A stretch of DNA of 64,000 bases from Eledone cirrhosa (taxonomy: Eukaryota), in NCBI GenBank assembly GCA_964016885.1, contig OZ024750.1, forward strand, positions 20,274,001-20,338,000, in the 5' to 3' direction. The stretch's first letter is position 1. Each line of letters begins with the position of its first letter. The notes below the pieces were generated by a model that did no database searches, had not been told where the DNA came from, and saw nothing but the letters and a program-made list of their open reading frames with translations. Both the position numbers and the translations under genes were made by a program. Of this stretch, positions 1 to 15,875 are shown piece by piece.

Positions 1-186
1 ACACACACTTAATCGCTCCTACTATTCTAATGTATTTTTTTTCAAATAGCAATCTCAACCTTCCTAAAGATTTAAATATATTTTTAACACATATTCACGT
101 GTTAAATAAGTATTTTCTTGCCAGAAGTATTTTCAAGCAATGCACTTTTCATTTTTCTGATCGCTGTAAGCGCAAATCTGGGGATG

Positions 187-432
<246 letters not shown>

Positions 433-1017
433 GAAACCGGGACATGCGTGATCAATGAAGGAAACACTTCATTTCCCCTCTACATATTTCACATTATAAC
501 CAGGACCAGACTCTCATTCCTAATTTTCTATTTTTTTTTCTTACGCCCGGCATCGTTTAGATGAGTTCTATAGAGCTATTTTTAGTAAATCACCTTACCT
601 GAGAAATTCTATTTGACTGGTTCACATATATTTCAGATCATATGGTGTTCCAGTTTATTTTATTTCGTGTAGAATTTGTGATGTTGCTGTTAGATTCTCG
701 CCACACACAAAAAACGAAACAAAACACAACAAAACAAAGTATTACTTCTACTATATAAAGATTGAAATGATTCGTGATATAAAGTGTATTCATATTTTTT
801 AAAACACCAAATATATATGTGACAGTGCGTGAGTGTGTGTGTATGTGTGATTGAGTGTGTTTATCAGTGTGTGATTTTTCGGCAATTACAGCAGAATTGA
901 TTATGTGAATAATATTTCCCGGAGATATAGAACGAAATCTAACTAGAACAGATTGATACAAACCGATGTACATAGTCATATATGATATATACTTTGTACA
1001 CACACACACACACAGAG

Positions 1018-1075
<58 letters not shown>

Positions 1076-1076
1076 G

Positions 1077-1119
<43 letters not shown>

Positions 1120-1124
1120 GCGTG

Positions 1125-1162
<38 letters not shown>

Positions 1163-1176
1163 GATATATATGCATG

Positions 1177-1253
<77 letters not shown>

Positions 1254-1487
1254 ATACACAAACACACACACTATATATATATACACCACCGACATTTTAT
1301 GTATCTTATAGATTTATACGGTTTCTGCTTAAGCCTATATAATACAATTTATATATATTTTCAAGCCAGCTAAGTCTGTTAGAAACTACAGATTTCTTCT
1401 AATGTACGTAGCATCATTGGTAGGTCTAATGTATATGTTGATTTTTGACAAGCATTCAGGCCCCATGGGTAAGATTTTAAAATGTTC

Positions 1488-1539
<52 letters not shown>

Positions 1540-1600
1540 GTATGTTTGTATTTGTGTTGCTGTGTGTGAGTGCATGCACACATATATGTAATCTATATAT

Positions 1601-1783
1601 AATAATTGTTTCTACTTTTTGGCAGAAGGCCAGAAATTACTCAGGGCATTACTTGTACTTTATTTTATCGACTCCGTAGCATGAAAGGCAAAGTTAACCT
1701 CGGCGGGATTTGAACTCAGAATAGCAAGGGCCGTAACTCTATGCGTCAAAACATGCCGTCCGACCCTCTACCGATACTGCCAA
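1601..1783 (-). mobile_element. tRNA-derived SINE, family A
   Basis: The minus strand has an A-box-like TGGCAGTATCGGTAG, B-box GAGTTCAAATCCC, central GCCTTTCATnCT..GTCGATAAAATAAAGTAC and 3' GTAGAAACAATTATT tail. Many copies occur in the window. Confidence 0.9.
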
Positions 1784-2300
1784 ATGATAGTAAGTATAAT
1801 CGAAGTTGCAGCTGCGATTAGCACTTTCGAAATCGATTTTCTGAGGCTCGTACGAAGCATTCAATGATACGATATCAATACATCGATAGATTATTGCTCA
1901 GAGTAATAACAATACGTATAGTTATATGACACAGTTAACGTTTCGACAGGAGGCAAGCTGCCAACTTAATGCTACAACAACGAAAATACAAACACGTTAA
2001 AGCCGAACCTGGATCTGATCGATATATATTCTATAAATATCTGCGATTGGTTTCTGGGAATCCGTAAGCTACGTTCCAAGTTATGTAACATGCAAGTCAG
2101 TAATGTATCGTAAGATGGTACGAGGATATCCCTTTCTCAAAACGGCATTTCCTTCCGTTATTCACCAACCTCTTCTGCCAAATACTGTAGCAATAACTTT
2201 GGCACTGGGGTTACGTGTTCTTTCTCAATAAAAGAGGAAGTTCACATCCGGACTTTGGCGGGTATATTCAAAAGACCTGATATATATTCATATATATATA

Positions 2301-2592
<292 letters not shown>

Positions 2593-2989
2593 GTCTCTCG
2601 CCGCTAAAGAACTTCAAAATGAATAAAAGATATGAGCGAAGGCAAAAGAAAATGTAACTGAACAAACTATCGCAGTTGATCAAACAATTTCTGGAGGTAC
2701 ATTGTTTCGTTGTTTTAATATGTATACAATCTGGAATATAGACCACAAAACGTCATAAATTAAAGTTTGGATACTGTCAAATACATGCAATTGTAAAATA
2801 TATACAAAAAAATATAAAGCACGTTTGTAAAGTAGAGATACTTATACAAATAGAAGCCGTAGTATGAATCTTGCGTTTCGGGCTAAACTTTTTACCAAAT
2901 TCGGATAAGAAACTAAAGTCTGTCAAAATTTGACCAAGTTCGAGAGCAGAATTTAATGAAATGCAAATTGCATATATAAATTTAGATAA

Positions 2990-3127
<138 letters not shown>

Positions 3128-3441
3128 TCTAATTTACATGACTATTACATTCACAAGCCACCAGTAGATTTACATCGGTTAGTTATTTTCACATGCATTA
3201 CATTAAAATGTTTAGTTATCCATAATTTACCAACTAAATAACTATTTATTCAGAGAGATGTTCTTGCACATGATAGCTTAACATCAATTCACACCTTCAA
3301 TAGATTCTATAATTTTACTTCTGTTTTCATTCCTTTAATATTTTGCTGCAACCGTGATTCTTTAATTATGGCATCCCTTTTCTTCCCTTCCTTTTTACTC
3401 GTCATTGCATATATTTTTTTCTTTTACCTCTCATTATTATC

Positions 3442-3633
3442 GTGGATTGGCAGTATCGGTAGAGGGTCGGACGCCATGCATTGACGCATAGATTTACGGT
3501 CCTTGCCATTCTGAGTTCAAATCTCGCCGTGGTTAACTTTGCCTTTCATCCTTATAGGGTCTATAAAATAAAGTACCAGTAATACACTGGTGAAATTGCT
3601 GGCCTTGTGCCAAAAGTAGAAACCATTTATTAT
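3442..3633 (+). mobile_element. tRNA-derived SINE, family A
   Basis: GGATTGGCAGTATCGGTAGAGGGTCGGACGCC..GAGTTCAAATCTC..GCCTTTCATCCTT..GTAGAAAC. Confidence 0.9.
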
Positions 3634-3698
3634 CATAACAATATCCGTTCAAATCCCACTCTTCTCTACTTTGACGCGCATTCTTCCCGGTTTGATAA

Positions 3699-3891
3699 AA
3701 TAATTGTTTCTACTTTTGGCACAAGGCCAGCATTTATCTAGATCTAGTGTATTACTGGTACTTTATTTTATCGACCCATTAAGGATGAAAGGCAACGTAA
3801 ACCTCGGTGGGATTTGAACTCAGAATGGCAAGGGCCATAACTCTATGCGTCAAAGCGTGGCGTCCGACCCTCTACCCAGACTGCCACTCCA
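3699..3891 (-). mobile_element. tRNA-derived SINE, family A (tail-to-tail with the previous copy)
   Basis: Reverse complement of the family A pattern. Confidence 0.88.
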
Positions 3892-5603
3892 CCGGTACGA
3901 AAGTAAGTATGTAGAGGAATTCTCAGATTCTTCAGTTTGTCGGATTAAATGTAACTTGGTATTTGTTTGCGTCTGTCTGTGCTCCGAGGTTGAAATCCTA
4001 CAGATTTACCAGTTGCTTTTCATTATTTCTAATACTGTTGTCTCTGTCACTCTCTCCCTCTGGATTTATATATAAATTCGGAAGCGATTATCTATTTTAC
4101 AATGCCCAAGACACACCATGTCGTAGGTCAGCATATCTGTGAAGTTAGGAACAGCTAAGAGCATTTTTCATCCTTCTTCTTCTAGCCACTAAGTATTGCG
4201 GTTACCTTTATTGAAATTCTCATCTCCTAAGTGAAGGAATTAAGCTTAAATTAGAAATCCTCGTCCACATCAGTATTTTTAGTATTTTCTTCTAAACCAT
4301 TCTTATCATTCACCTTTCGTTTCCTTGGTTATTTGCCCCCTCTTGATATCTCTTCTTTGCAATGTCACCAAGACACCCAATTAAGTGCGTAGATAAGCTG
4401 TTTATTTTACAATATTGTTCACATATTAAATCCTATCTGCTATATTCTTCGAGGAATGTAGACATCCGTATGCGCTTGCCCCTTTAGCCCATTTACCAAA
4501 CTGCATGAAGCCGTAGTTTGTTCTACGGTACAAAGTTGGTTCCTTTTAAGTACTTATATATATTTATAAACCTTTACATTTATTTAGACATTTTGCTCAA
4601 TCATGTTTTAAACTTCAGTGCAAAAACAAGAAATTTAGCTTCATTGCTACTTTCATCAATTTCTTGAACATTTTGTTAATTATTTGAATTTCAGAGACAT
4701 CGTTTTCCATTAGAGATATGGTTGTGAAAGAATTAGAAATTAATTTGTAAACATCTGTCAATAATGATAAGAATGCGGGCTTCTATCATTAAAACATCAA
4801 TATGAAGTCCTGTGAGGTGCCACCTAGGGGTTTGACAGCTAACACTGTATAGGTGTGAGCTGTAACAGCAAAGGTTGTGTCCACATTTGTTAGGACAGTG
4901 ATTCCCCTCATTACAACAACCAATAAACAGTTATGATAAGCATAATACATATTAATCAATATTTACTTTTATATATATTTAATATCACCATCCTTAAAAA
5001 TAAAATGTATAATATAGATTTATATAAAGAAAAAAATGTTCATCTCCCATCTAGAACGTTTCTTCTTTCACATAGCACTGCACAGTGCTAAGTACATATT
5101 CCATCAGTCGAAAGAAAAAAAGATTATTCCACTCTACTGTATGGCGATTTCTAATATTCTCTCAACTTTTATATTAAATTGTGAAATATCTTTATAATTC
5201 TCATTGCTAATTTTAGAAATTGAGTTTGTGGTTGTTGTGTAATACGTAGAAGAAACGGTCAACTGGATATCATGTAGATGTAAAATCGGTAGAGCTTCGG
5301 ACAAAATGTTTGCTGTATCTACATTGTTATTTCCGTTTCTGTGTTCAAATCCGGCACACGTCAAATGTACATTGCGTCCTTTCTGGTTCGATAACTCAAC
5401 ATATATATTCTATCAGCTGAAATCAATGCACCGTTATTTATAGTGTCTATATATCGAACAAGTAAAAAGACAGCTAGAAGATACAATTCCAAGTAAGTGA
5501 CAATATGGTAAATTAAATATAGTATATGATTTGTGTGGTATATTCTTCCTTGTACTTACTCCACGTGATCGCCAAAACATATACACATTCATTCACACAC
5601 AAT

Positions 5604-5679
<76 letters not shown>

Positions 5680-5708
5680 TAGAGAGAGAGAAATATATAT
5701 ATATATAT

Positions 5709-5779
<71 letters not shown>

Positions 5780-6062
5780 GTGTGTGAGTGTCTATGGGCA
5801 GGTACATGTGAGTCTCACTTTAATTTTGCAGGTGTAATCATTCGGAAAAGAAGGAAATTCAATTAACTGATTCTGCATTTGTAAAGATCACTCTCCCACT
5901 CCCTCTCTCTCAATGACACTCTCTATTTATCTCCCAATCATTCTCTGTCTCTCTCTCTCAATATTTCTCTCTCTATCTATCTCTCACTCTCTCTCTCTCT
6001 ATATATATATACACACACATATATATATATATATACGTATATATACACACACACATATATAC

Positions 6063-6093
<31 letters not shown>

Positions 6094-6095
6094 TG

Positions 6096-6137
<42 letters not shown>

Positions 6138-6145
6138 CACATATA

Positions 6146-6204
<59 letters not shown>

Positions 6205-6717
6205 TGTGTTGGTCGGTAACACATCGTGATCACATTTCTCTTTCGATATGTTGAAGACATGACCAAAACCTCCACCTTCATAACCAGAATTCACATTAGT
6301 TTTTGACGTGGTAGACGTGGAACATCTGCTCAGTAGTAATACGAGTCAGTGGTGGAGATAATGTACTGCCTATTACCATTCTGTTCATCGTCAATTATTA
6401 GTCGAACCGAAATTATTGGCGATCATTGTTTTGGTATAAATAAATAAGAAAAAATGAAAGAATGAAGGGAAAAATAATATATAATGAACTTGTTTTCGTG
6501 TTTCATGTTCTTCGATCTATGGAATCTGAGAATAATGTGTTTGATTTTCTCTGGTTCGATTGATTTTCGATTTATGATTATTATCGATGTAGACACTTAT
6601 ACACATTAAACGTTATATTTTTATATATACATATGGCATATATATATATATATATATGCTACATACTATTAGCCTTTCACAGGTTTATACATACACACAC
6701 ACAGATACGTACACATA

Positions 6718-6759
<42 letters not shown>

Positions 6760-6781
6760 TATATGTATACATATATATATC

Positions 6782-6861
<80 letters not shown>

Positions 6862-6887
6862 TATATATATATATATACATATATATC

Positions 6888-6932
<45 letters not shown>

Positions 6933-7374
6933 ATGTGTACGTATCTGTACGAATGTATGTATGTATGCGTGTGTTTATGTTTGTGTAAGTGTGTTTTCCT
7001 CGTAACTAATGCTCCGATATATGGTACTTATAAGTGTAATTTATCGGTTAATATGTGAGAGTGAGTTAGACAGATAGAGAGCGAAAGATAGACAAACACA
7101 TAATATGTATGATATTTGAAATATGTGAAAGGAATATATTGTATATGATGTGACAGATGTTTATTCACCTACATATGACAAATAGATATAGCTGTTGGAT
7201 ACAGAAGTGGAAGCATCATATATGTTTGTTCTGTTTGTTTGTCTGTGGGTTTTTTTCTGTCTGTGTGTTGATGTGTGTATATGCATGGTGGTAGAGACAG
7301 AGAGTGAAATCTAATGAACAACAGCTATCTCCCTATATATCTTTCTTCAGACAAGAATAAAAATAATAACCACG

Positions 7375-7404
<30 letters not shown>

Positions 7405-7406
<2 letters not shown>

Positions 7407-7575
7407 ACAAAGTAATTGTGGTAAGGAGCCAGATGGACCATAACGCACCAGAGTACTCAATACTTAGCGTAGTAGAGTGGGAAGTAGGAAAAATCATGAC
7501 CCCCGACGGCAGAGCTCAAGCCATTTTGACGGCTATTTCTAGCATGAAATAGCCGTCAGGGTCGTACTTTTTCAT
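7405..7575. mobile_element. second copy of the 2301-2496 element, starting at (TA)n
   Basis: TAAC..TGTGGTAAGGA.CCAG.TGGA.CATAACGCACCA.AGTACT.AATACTTAG.GTAGTAGAGTGGG is shared with 2301-2380. Confidence 0.75.
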
Positions 7576-7625
7576 AAATATCTATATCTCTATATCTCTA
7601 TATATATATATATATTTTTTTTTAA

Positions 7626-7838
7626 ACGATCGACTTTCGTCAAATCGGACCGAGGAAACAATGGTTCCGTTGGTCTTTTCAATTGCTAATACTATCTATC
7701 GGTCGCAACTCAAGGTAGAAGGAGCAAAGTGAAATAAAGCGTCTTGCTCAAGGACATAACGCATCGCCTGGTCCAGGAATGGAACTCACAACCTCACGAT
7801 TGCGAATCCAATTCTCTAACCACTCAGCCACACGCCTT
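7626..7838 (-). mobile_element. CORE-type tRNA-derived SINE, family B1
   Basis: The minus strand reads GGCGTGTGGCTGAGTGGTTAGAG..GTGAGTTCCATTCC..TGTCCTTGAGCAAGAC. It is near-identical to 44121-44341. Confidence 0.85.
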
Positions 7839-7856
7839 TTATATATATATATATAC

Positions 7857-7988
<132 letters not shown>

Positions 7989-8023
7989 GTATATATATGT
8001 ATATATATATATGTATATATATG

Positions 8024-8091
<68 letters not shown>

Positions 8092-8234
8092 ATTGGTTAT
8101 GTACGTGTGCATTAATGTTTTCCAGGACACAGTGTTAGGTACCGTGTAGTGGAATGTCAGCTTACAACAGAGTGGTGCTCAACGAAATGCAGAAAAAAGG
8201 TGTATATTCCAGTTTAGCTATATTCCGGGGCGTG

Positions 8235-8390
8235 TATAAAGAATTAAAAAGAACAGAAAGATGCAGTAAAAGAGATTTATTCGGCTCTTACGTACGTTTC
8301 AATAGACATTAATTGATGTCTATTGAAACGTACGTAAGAACCGAATAAATCTCTTTTACTGCATCTTTCTGTCCTTTTTAAATCTTTATA
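8235..8390. repeat. fold-back hairpin (arms about 75 bp) with hammerhead 3' half GAAAC-GTAC-GTA
   Basis: The arms are reverse complements with few mismatches. The apex is near 8312 and the right arm runs into (TA)n. Confidence 0.9.
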
Positions 8391-10274
8391 TATATATATA
8401 TATATATTACCTCGCATATAAAATTTGATAAATACCGCTAATTGAAAGATTATTTAAAATCTCTCGGTTATTTAGCAACACTGGTCAAGACGGGACACCA
8501 CACTCACACATAAGCGTATGTATCGTGTTACTTATTCTGTCTTAAATCTCTCATGGTAGTGTTTGACAGGCGGGTGCTGACATCTTATTCTAGAAAATGT
8601 GGTTCTCGCTAAATGTCCAACCCTTACCTCGCTTCTGTGATCACTATACCACGTGACAGTTTCAGCTTCCCAATAATTATTCACTTGTAATGGTCAGCTC
8701 ATGAAATAGTCTACAAATTGAGGTCTCTCTCAATAACCCAACAGCTTAACCACAATGGTGCACTTTTCTGGTGCACGATTACTTCACACCAGTCGGCGAA
8801 ACTGCAATCGGGTCTTTGAAGAAAAGAGAGGAATATATTTTGTTTATTATCTCCTCGCATTTATAATTTGATGTCTATATATGTATATAATATGTATATA
8901 TGTATATATATATATATATATATATACATATATACATATATATATATATATAATATATATATATATGTACATAAAATATATGTATGTATCTTATCTAATT
9001 AGGAAATATAGGCACGTCTTTTATGTGACAATACAAAGTATTATTGTTATATTTGCTGTCAATAGTAATAAAACAACACGTTGCGGTGTAATTTCATATT
9101 CCGTAGAATTAGAATTAGTTTCTAATATTACAGTATTTCATTGCTGTGAATTCAACATCATTGAGGTGTTAAAGAGTCTTTCATGAAAATGATGCAGAAA
9201 GATATTGACAATTCAGATTCCTGACTCAAAAAATATTCTACTGTGAACCTCATTCACCGTCTAAAATTTATGTTTCTCTTTTTCTTTAAAAAATTGATCT
9301 CGTTTCTTGTCGCTTAATCCAAGGTGTGCATTAAACATCAAGTGTATAATGGAGTTATACTCCAAATTGCTGTTAAGAAATACCAGGTCGAAAAATTCAG
9401 GCAAATGAAAGTTGTGAAAAATGTTTCAGCATTAAGAACTTTAATACTGAATTCAATTTTATTTTTTATTTGAATTTATTTAATTTAGATAAAATTGAAT
9501 TAGTAATGCGCATTCTGTTAGAGATTCAAAATATGCAAATGAAAGATTTTATCCGAGTATTATAATTTGTGACAGTAGCATCGTAAAATATACATAACGG
9601 TAAAATAAGCAGTAAATACCATATTATAGGGCTACATGTCAAAGAGCCCTGCCTGGAGATAAAAAGTGTCAATTTTGAAAATATGCCTAAATGTAAAGAT
9701 CTAGCCTAATTGGCGCTCAACTATATAATATAATAATGTGGAATTTGGATTAGTTAATTATATATTCTATAAAAATTGTGATCTTGTTCATTAATTCTAT
9801 TCAATTTTTCTTTTGTTATTTAACGTAGTTTTATATTTTAAACACTTATTTAGCATTTGATTTATTTTCCTACAATCCATTTAGTAATATCTTTATTTTC
9901 ATCTTTGAAGAACTTTGAAAAATAACTTGTTAATTACTGTAATTAATTCTAGAAATATTAATGACAAACTAGAGTGGATATATTGTGATATAGAAGGATG
10001 GAACAATCAAGTAGATATGCTGTAATGGCAATAATATTTAGGAAAGAAGTTAAAGTCATTGCACAAAATATCAATAAAAAAAATGTAAACAAATGCTGAG
10101 ATACACTGATTTTAACGGAACCGTATTATACATTGTTTTTAACTGAAAATACTGAAATTGTATCAAATTAAACTAAAGATATATATCTCTATGTGATGTT
10201 TTGTCCTTGACCATATATATATATGAGAGTATTGAAGTTTGCTTGAAGCATTGTAGAATAATAAGCTTTATTAT

Positions 10275-10598
10275 CTTTTGTCGTTTTGGAAGCCTCAACG
10301 ATGCAGATGGGTAATTCTCCGGGTAGAATTAGCAGAAGACACGTGTACCGTTCCTCTCCGACAGATAACTTAATAAAAACTCCCCAGTTGGTGGATGCGA
10401 ATCCGAATTATAGGTACAATTAAATCTCTCCCAAGTTAACTATAATCTACTGTTATTATTTTTTTTTACGCTCTTTCCTCGTTCCTCTACACGCTATACA
10501 ACTCAATCTAGTTTCCCTTACATCTCTCTCTTCACCACCCGATCCTGTTACCCGGAGAATTACCAACTGCATTTTTGAGGCTTCCAAAACGACCAAAA

Positions 10599-10602
<4 letters not shown>
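10275..10602. repeat. inverted repeat (about 50 bp arms, about 220 bp spacer) ending at (TA)n
   Basis: TCTTTTGTCGTTTTGGAAGCCTCAA..GTAATTCTCCGGGTA pairs with TACCCGGAGAATTAC..TTGAGGCTTCCAAAACGACCAAAAGA. Confidence 0.85.
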
Positions 10603-10655
<53 letters not shown>

Positions 10656-10689
10656 TATATATATATATACACATATATATATACACACG

Positions 10690-10782
<93 letters not shown>

Positions 10783-10805
10783 ATTTATATATATATATAT
10801 TTATA

Positions 10806-10905
<100 letters not shown>

Positions 10906-10944
10906 ATATTTATATATATATATATTTATAAATATATATATATA

Positions 10945-11047
<103 letters not shown>

Positions 11048-11072
11048 GGAGTGGTTTTGTCTATGTCTACGT

Positions 11073-11257
11073 TGTTGGCAGTATCGCTAGAGGATGGGAT
11101 GACATGCTTTGCAGCAAAAAGTTACAGCCCTTTATGGTCTGAGTTCAAATCCCGTCGAGGTTAACTTTCCCTTTCATCCTTACGGGGTCGATAAAATAAA
11201 GTACCAGTTATACACTGGAATAATTGCTGGCCTTGTGCCAGAAGTAGAAACAATTAT
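11073..11257 (+). mobile_element. tRNA-derived SINE, family A
   Basis: Family A A/B boxes, core and tail are present. Confidence 0.9.
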
Positions 11258-13956
11258 ATATTGAAACAACTTTATTCCAGTAGTACACTCTTTGCCCAAT
11301 AGAGTGAAAACAAAATTAACTATTTATTGATAAGTCATGGAAAAACAATAAATTGCTAAACATTTGAAAATATATTTAAATATTTCAAAGATTTTGTGGG
11401 CATATATATGTCTCTGCATTAGGAAAAACGTTATATTAATTGGGCAATGGAAACCAGTAATAGAAAGCAACCAGGATAAGCCAGTACAGATTACATATGT
11501 AGGCTCAGAGATAAGCAAAACAAAAATTACTAATAAACAATAATATATGTGTCATACTGACGGTATTGGTACATTCATCATTGGGAATAAACTTCCTAGT
11601 TACAATTTTCCTTAATTAACATAAATCACCATTAATTCATATCGAAACAATTGAGTAGGCATGCGATAATGTTCTTATTTGTATTTCATGTTTTCTTGGC
11701 GTATCTTCAAATAGGTTTGAGAGATTTGTTAACGGATTCAAGTAATGATAATATCGACTGATACTTCAGAGATATTGGACCTTATACAAGACTTAGAAAA
11801 TATATACTTTACACTGGCGCCTCCAATCACAATCTATAAAGCTTACAATTGTACTGATACTAACTTTGCTGTAACGGAATAACAAAACTTATATATGTCA
11901 GGGGTTTAGTTATTCCAAAATGGGTTATTGTCTTATTGTCTTATGTCTCCCAACCCCTATTGTGTTATCTTTCTGCGCATATTTTTAACTCGGTTGAAGA
12001 TTAGACTATTGTACATGTGCCATGCCATACTGGCTAAGTTATGTATTTAAGTTATTGGTGAACGTGTCTTAACAATTACACACTAATTTATTGTTTATAC
12101 GATAAATTCATATAACAACTGAAAACCCATCGTCAACAATGGTGGGGGATACGATCAGTTTCACATTATACTATTATCAATGCAAACCTAGAAAAGGTAG
12201 TGAGAGAATCCGTACAGGATTTTAGATAAATATAAATAGCTAGCAATAAAATACAGGTTGACAATTTTAATCAGAATAGAATATAATGAAAACTCTCCGT
12301 TTTCTCATAACTACAAATCAAAAATCTTTTTTCTTAACATTATTTGTAATTACGTAAAATACATGAACACACGTCTATACGGCAGATGTAATTTGAAGTA
12401 AAATTATTTTAACTGACACCTAATGACAAGATAGAAGAACGAACATTACAGCTAATGATTTAAATGGTGGAAAATGAAAGGAATAGTTTGCAATGAACTG
12501 TGAAAACGTTACACTGTTATAAACACTAAACATGGACATAATATAATACATATCACATTTCGAAGTTCGATCAAATTTGCAATAGTGAGTAAGAACTAAT
12601 TAACATGTGCAATGCTGATTCTATATAGATTCATTCACAAAGGATGATTTAGGGTATAATTCGTTTAGCATAACATTCAATCTATCAATATCAATTGTTC
12701 GAACGATAGAGAAAATCGAAGGCATTTTAAAATCTAAGGATATTTTATTTAAACAGTATTACAGCAAAATTTGTGTAGGTGATGTATACGGTCTAATAAT
12801 GAAGACGCAGCAAAACACACTTAGAAGCTTTGGATAAATACACCAAACATGGATTGCTACTGCTGGCTTCACACCCACCCACTGCCGATCGTGTCGAATG
12901 TTATGGGATCTGTTGTGGAAACCCTTGAAACACTCCTTATGATCTACGTATTGTGCAAAACATATAAAGGAGCAGATAAATGCCAAACCCTAATGGAGTG
13001 AATTTTTTGACATTTCCAAGTTACATAGTCACGACTATTTGAAATAGTTCATTGTAACTTGAAAAGCGTAAATGTTATTGATATATTTATAGGTATATGA
13101 AACAATATAATACTTTAAAGTTCGTTAGTATTCTGGGTAATATAATAGTTTGCAAACTATTATCGATAATATAATACCAAATCAATATCATAATTGGGAC
13201 ATATGAATCGTAAATCAGCAGTTCCCAACCCAGTGCCGTATACGCCTGGGAGACAGGAGAGGTAGTACTAAGAACCTGAAAAGTTACCGCTTACTGATTT
13301 TGTTATAGGTATATTACAAATACACTATTGAGTTTCTATTCGTCTATGAAATTAATATTTATCTTTGGATTTTTACTATCACAAGTATCAGCAAAGTCCG
13401 TGAGCTACATTTGAGTTTATTCACTTGATAAGTTACGCACACATGTGAGTAACCATTTTTTGATAAGGATACTGATACCCATCTTTTGATTATTCTCACT
13501 GCAACACTCTGGTCGTCTGAAAACGTACGATTTGGGATATCTGAGCTAATATTTTAAATTTCAGTTACATTAAAAAATAAGAATATAAATACATTACTGG
13601 TTATCTATTCTTATGTAATTATTTCTGAAAATTGTTGATTTAATTGCATAGCGATCTAAGTGGAAAGTAATTAAAATAGATATATCCATGAGAAAATTAA
13701 CACTGGTTAAGATTAAATACAAAATTACAAAATACATTCCAAATCGAATTAATAGAAATGTATATCGAATGGAATTCAAAGATATAGAGAAATATTATAT
13801 ATACCAAAATTAGATAGCAGCACAAGGTGAGCAATTACAGAATCACTGTCAAGAGTGAGAACATGGAGATGCAGAACAAAGGTTTTGTTCTTCAAATCGA
13901 ATATGTAACTTTTCCACATCAATGCATTGATCTCTCTATCAATGTGTTGTACTCGA

Positions 13957-13988
<32 letters not shown>

Positions 13989-14043
13989 AACATATATATA
14001 TATATATATACACATATATATATATATGTATAAACATATATAC

Positions 14044-14112
<69 letters not shown>

Positions 14113-14124
14113 CATACATATATG

Positions 14125-14728
14125 TCAGGTCACCAGTTGGTGCTACTGGTAACATGTATCACAGTACAACCTGTCCCATGGTCGGGTCGTTGGCGACTAA
14201 ACTGGCAACCCCACCAAGGTTTCTTGGTGAGGAGGGTGACTTTGGAGATCCTGCAGGACTAAAAACAAAACCTGTCAAAGAGCAAAGGAGCTATTAAGAG
14301 TCAATAACCATCCAAAATCACCGGGAGAGATGACCACTTAGCCTTTGTCAAGTCAGAATTCTAGGAGAAGGAAAACTCTGATGTAACACCTGCAACTCTG
14401 ATGGTTTCCAATGATGTTGACTTGTTCTTCTTTTTGGTAAATATCATCTTGGTTAAGAGAGTGGGACTGGCTTTGTGCAGTGCCTTTGCTCACTGTAAAA
14501 GCTTCACAGCACAGGCATTGCTTTATATCTGGAGATCTCTCTGCACTTGTCGTCACATGGTACCATGGGCCCAGAACTATGTGTCAATAATTGTCACAAG
14601 TGTAGTGTTTGTACCAGAGTTTTCAAGTTGCTGGCTGGACTAAAAAGTCACACTCGTTCAGCGCATCGGTAGGGGTTCTCCTACATGGATATAAAGTAGT
14701 GGCCGTACTCGAAAACGAGTTGGCAGCA

Positions 14729-14731
<3 letters not shown>
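14125..14731 (+). mobile_element. internally deleted RTE-clade element (5' UTR joined to 3' end)
   Basis: It has an RTE-like 5' UTR motif GGAGAAGGAAAACTCTGA and a terminal zinc-finger remnant [19 protein letters not shown] (about 14601-14657). A 3' stem-loop CTCGAAAACGAG precedes the (TA)n tail. Confidence 0.6.
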
Positions 14732-14816
<85 letters not shown>

Positions 14817-14831
14817 CATATATATATATAC

Positions 14832-14896
<65 letters not shown>

Positions 14897-14919
14897 CATA
14901 TATATATATACATATATAT

Positions 14920-14980
<61 letters not shown>

Positions 14981-15013
14981 CATATATATATATACATACA
15001 TATATATATACAC

Positions 15014-15112
<99 letters not shown>

Positions 15113-15321
15113 CACATATATATATATATATATACACACACACATATATATATATATATAAGTATATATATGTGTAAATATATATATATATAAATATATT
15201 ATATATACACACGCACACACATACACACCACGCACACACAAAGAAGCAGACAAACAAGCATACACAGAAACAGAGACACACACCCACACACACACGCACG
15301 TACGTGCACACATACGCAGAC

Positions 15322-15406
<85 letters not shown>

Positions 15407-15677
15407 CTTTATTGTTGATATACGATGTAAGTTATATATTTTGCACTCGGCCTCACCGCTATGTCCGGGTCAGTATAAAATCTTTTCCTGGGTCCTGTAT
15501 TTTGTTTGCTCTAGTAATGTGGCTGGAGTGCCGACCGCTTTATCTGATTTGCTAAGCTGTCTGAACGTAATGTTATTACTCTGGGGTCTTTTCTCATCCG
15601 AGTGGTCAAGCTACAGACCGATTATGCATATACGCTAGCTTGGCCGTAGTATAAAGCTTCGTCAATGCTGTACTACC

Positions 15678-15748
<71 letters not shown>

Positions 15749-15819
15749 AAAAAAACAACTGGAATAATAATGCCGAGAGTAATATTACGAGTAGTAGTGC
15801 CAATACGATTACAACTAGC

Positions 15820-15829
15820 ACTACTACTA

Positions 15830-15875
<46 letters not shown>

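Noticed and set aside
4080-4560. Possible decayed RTE 3' region on the minus strand
   Set aside because: Too degenerate, with no diagnostic motif readable in frame.
12759-13020. Minus-strand peptide FDTIGSGWV, reminiscent of the Polinton polymerase-region GSGW motif
   Set aside because: It is a four-residue match in a stop-riddled frame and cannot be supported without a search.
13215-13260. hAT-like terminus CAGCAGTTCCCAACC (another candidate near 55660)
   Set aside because: No matching second TIR or TSD was found.
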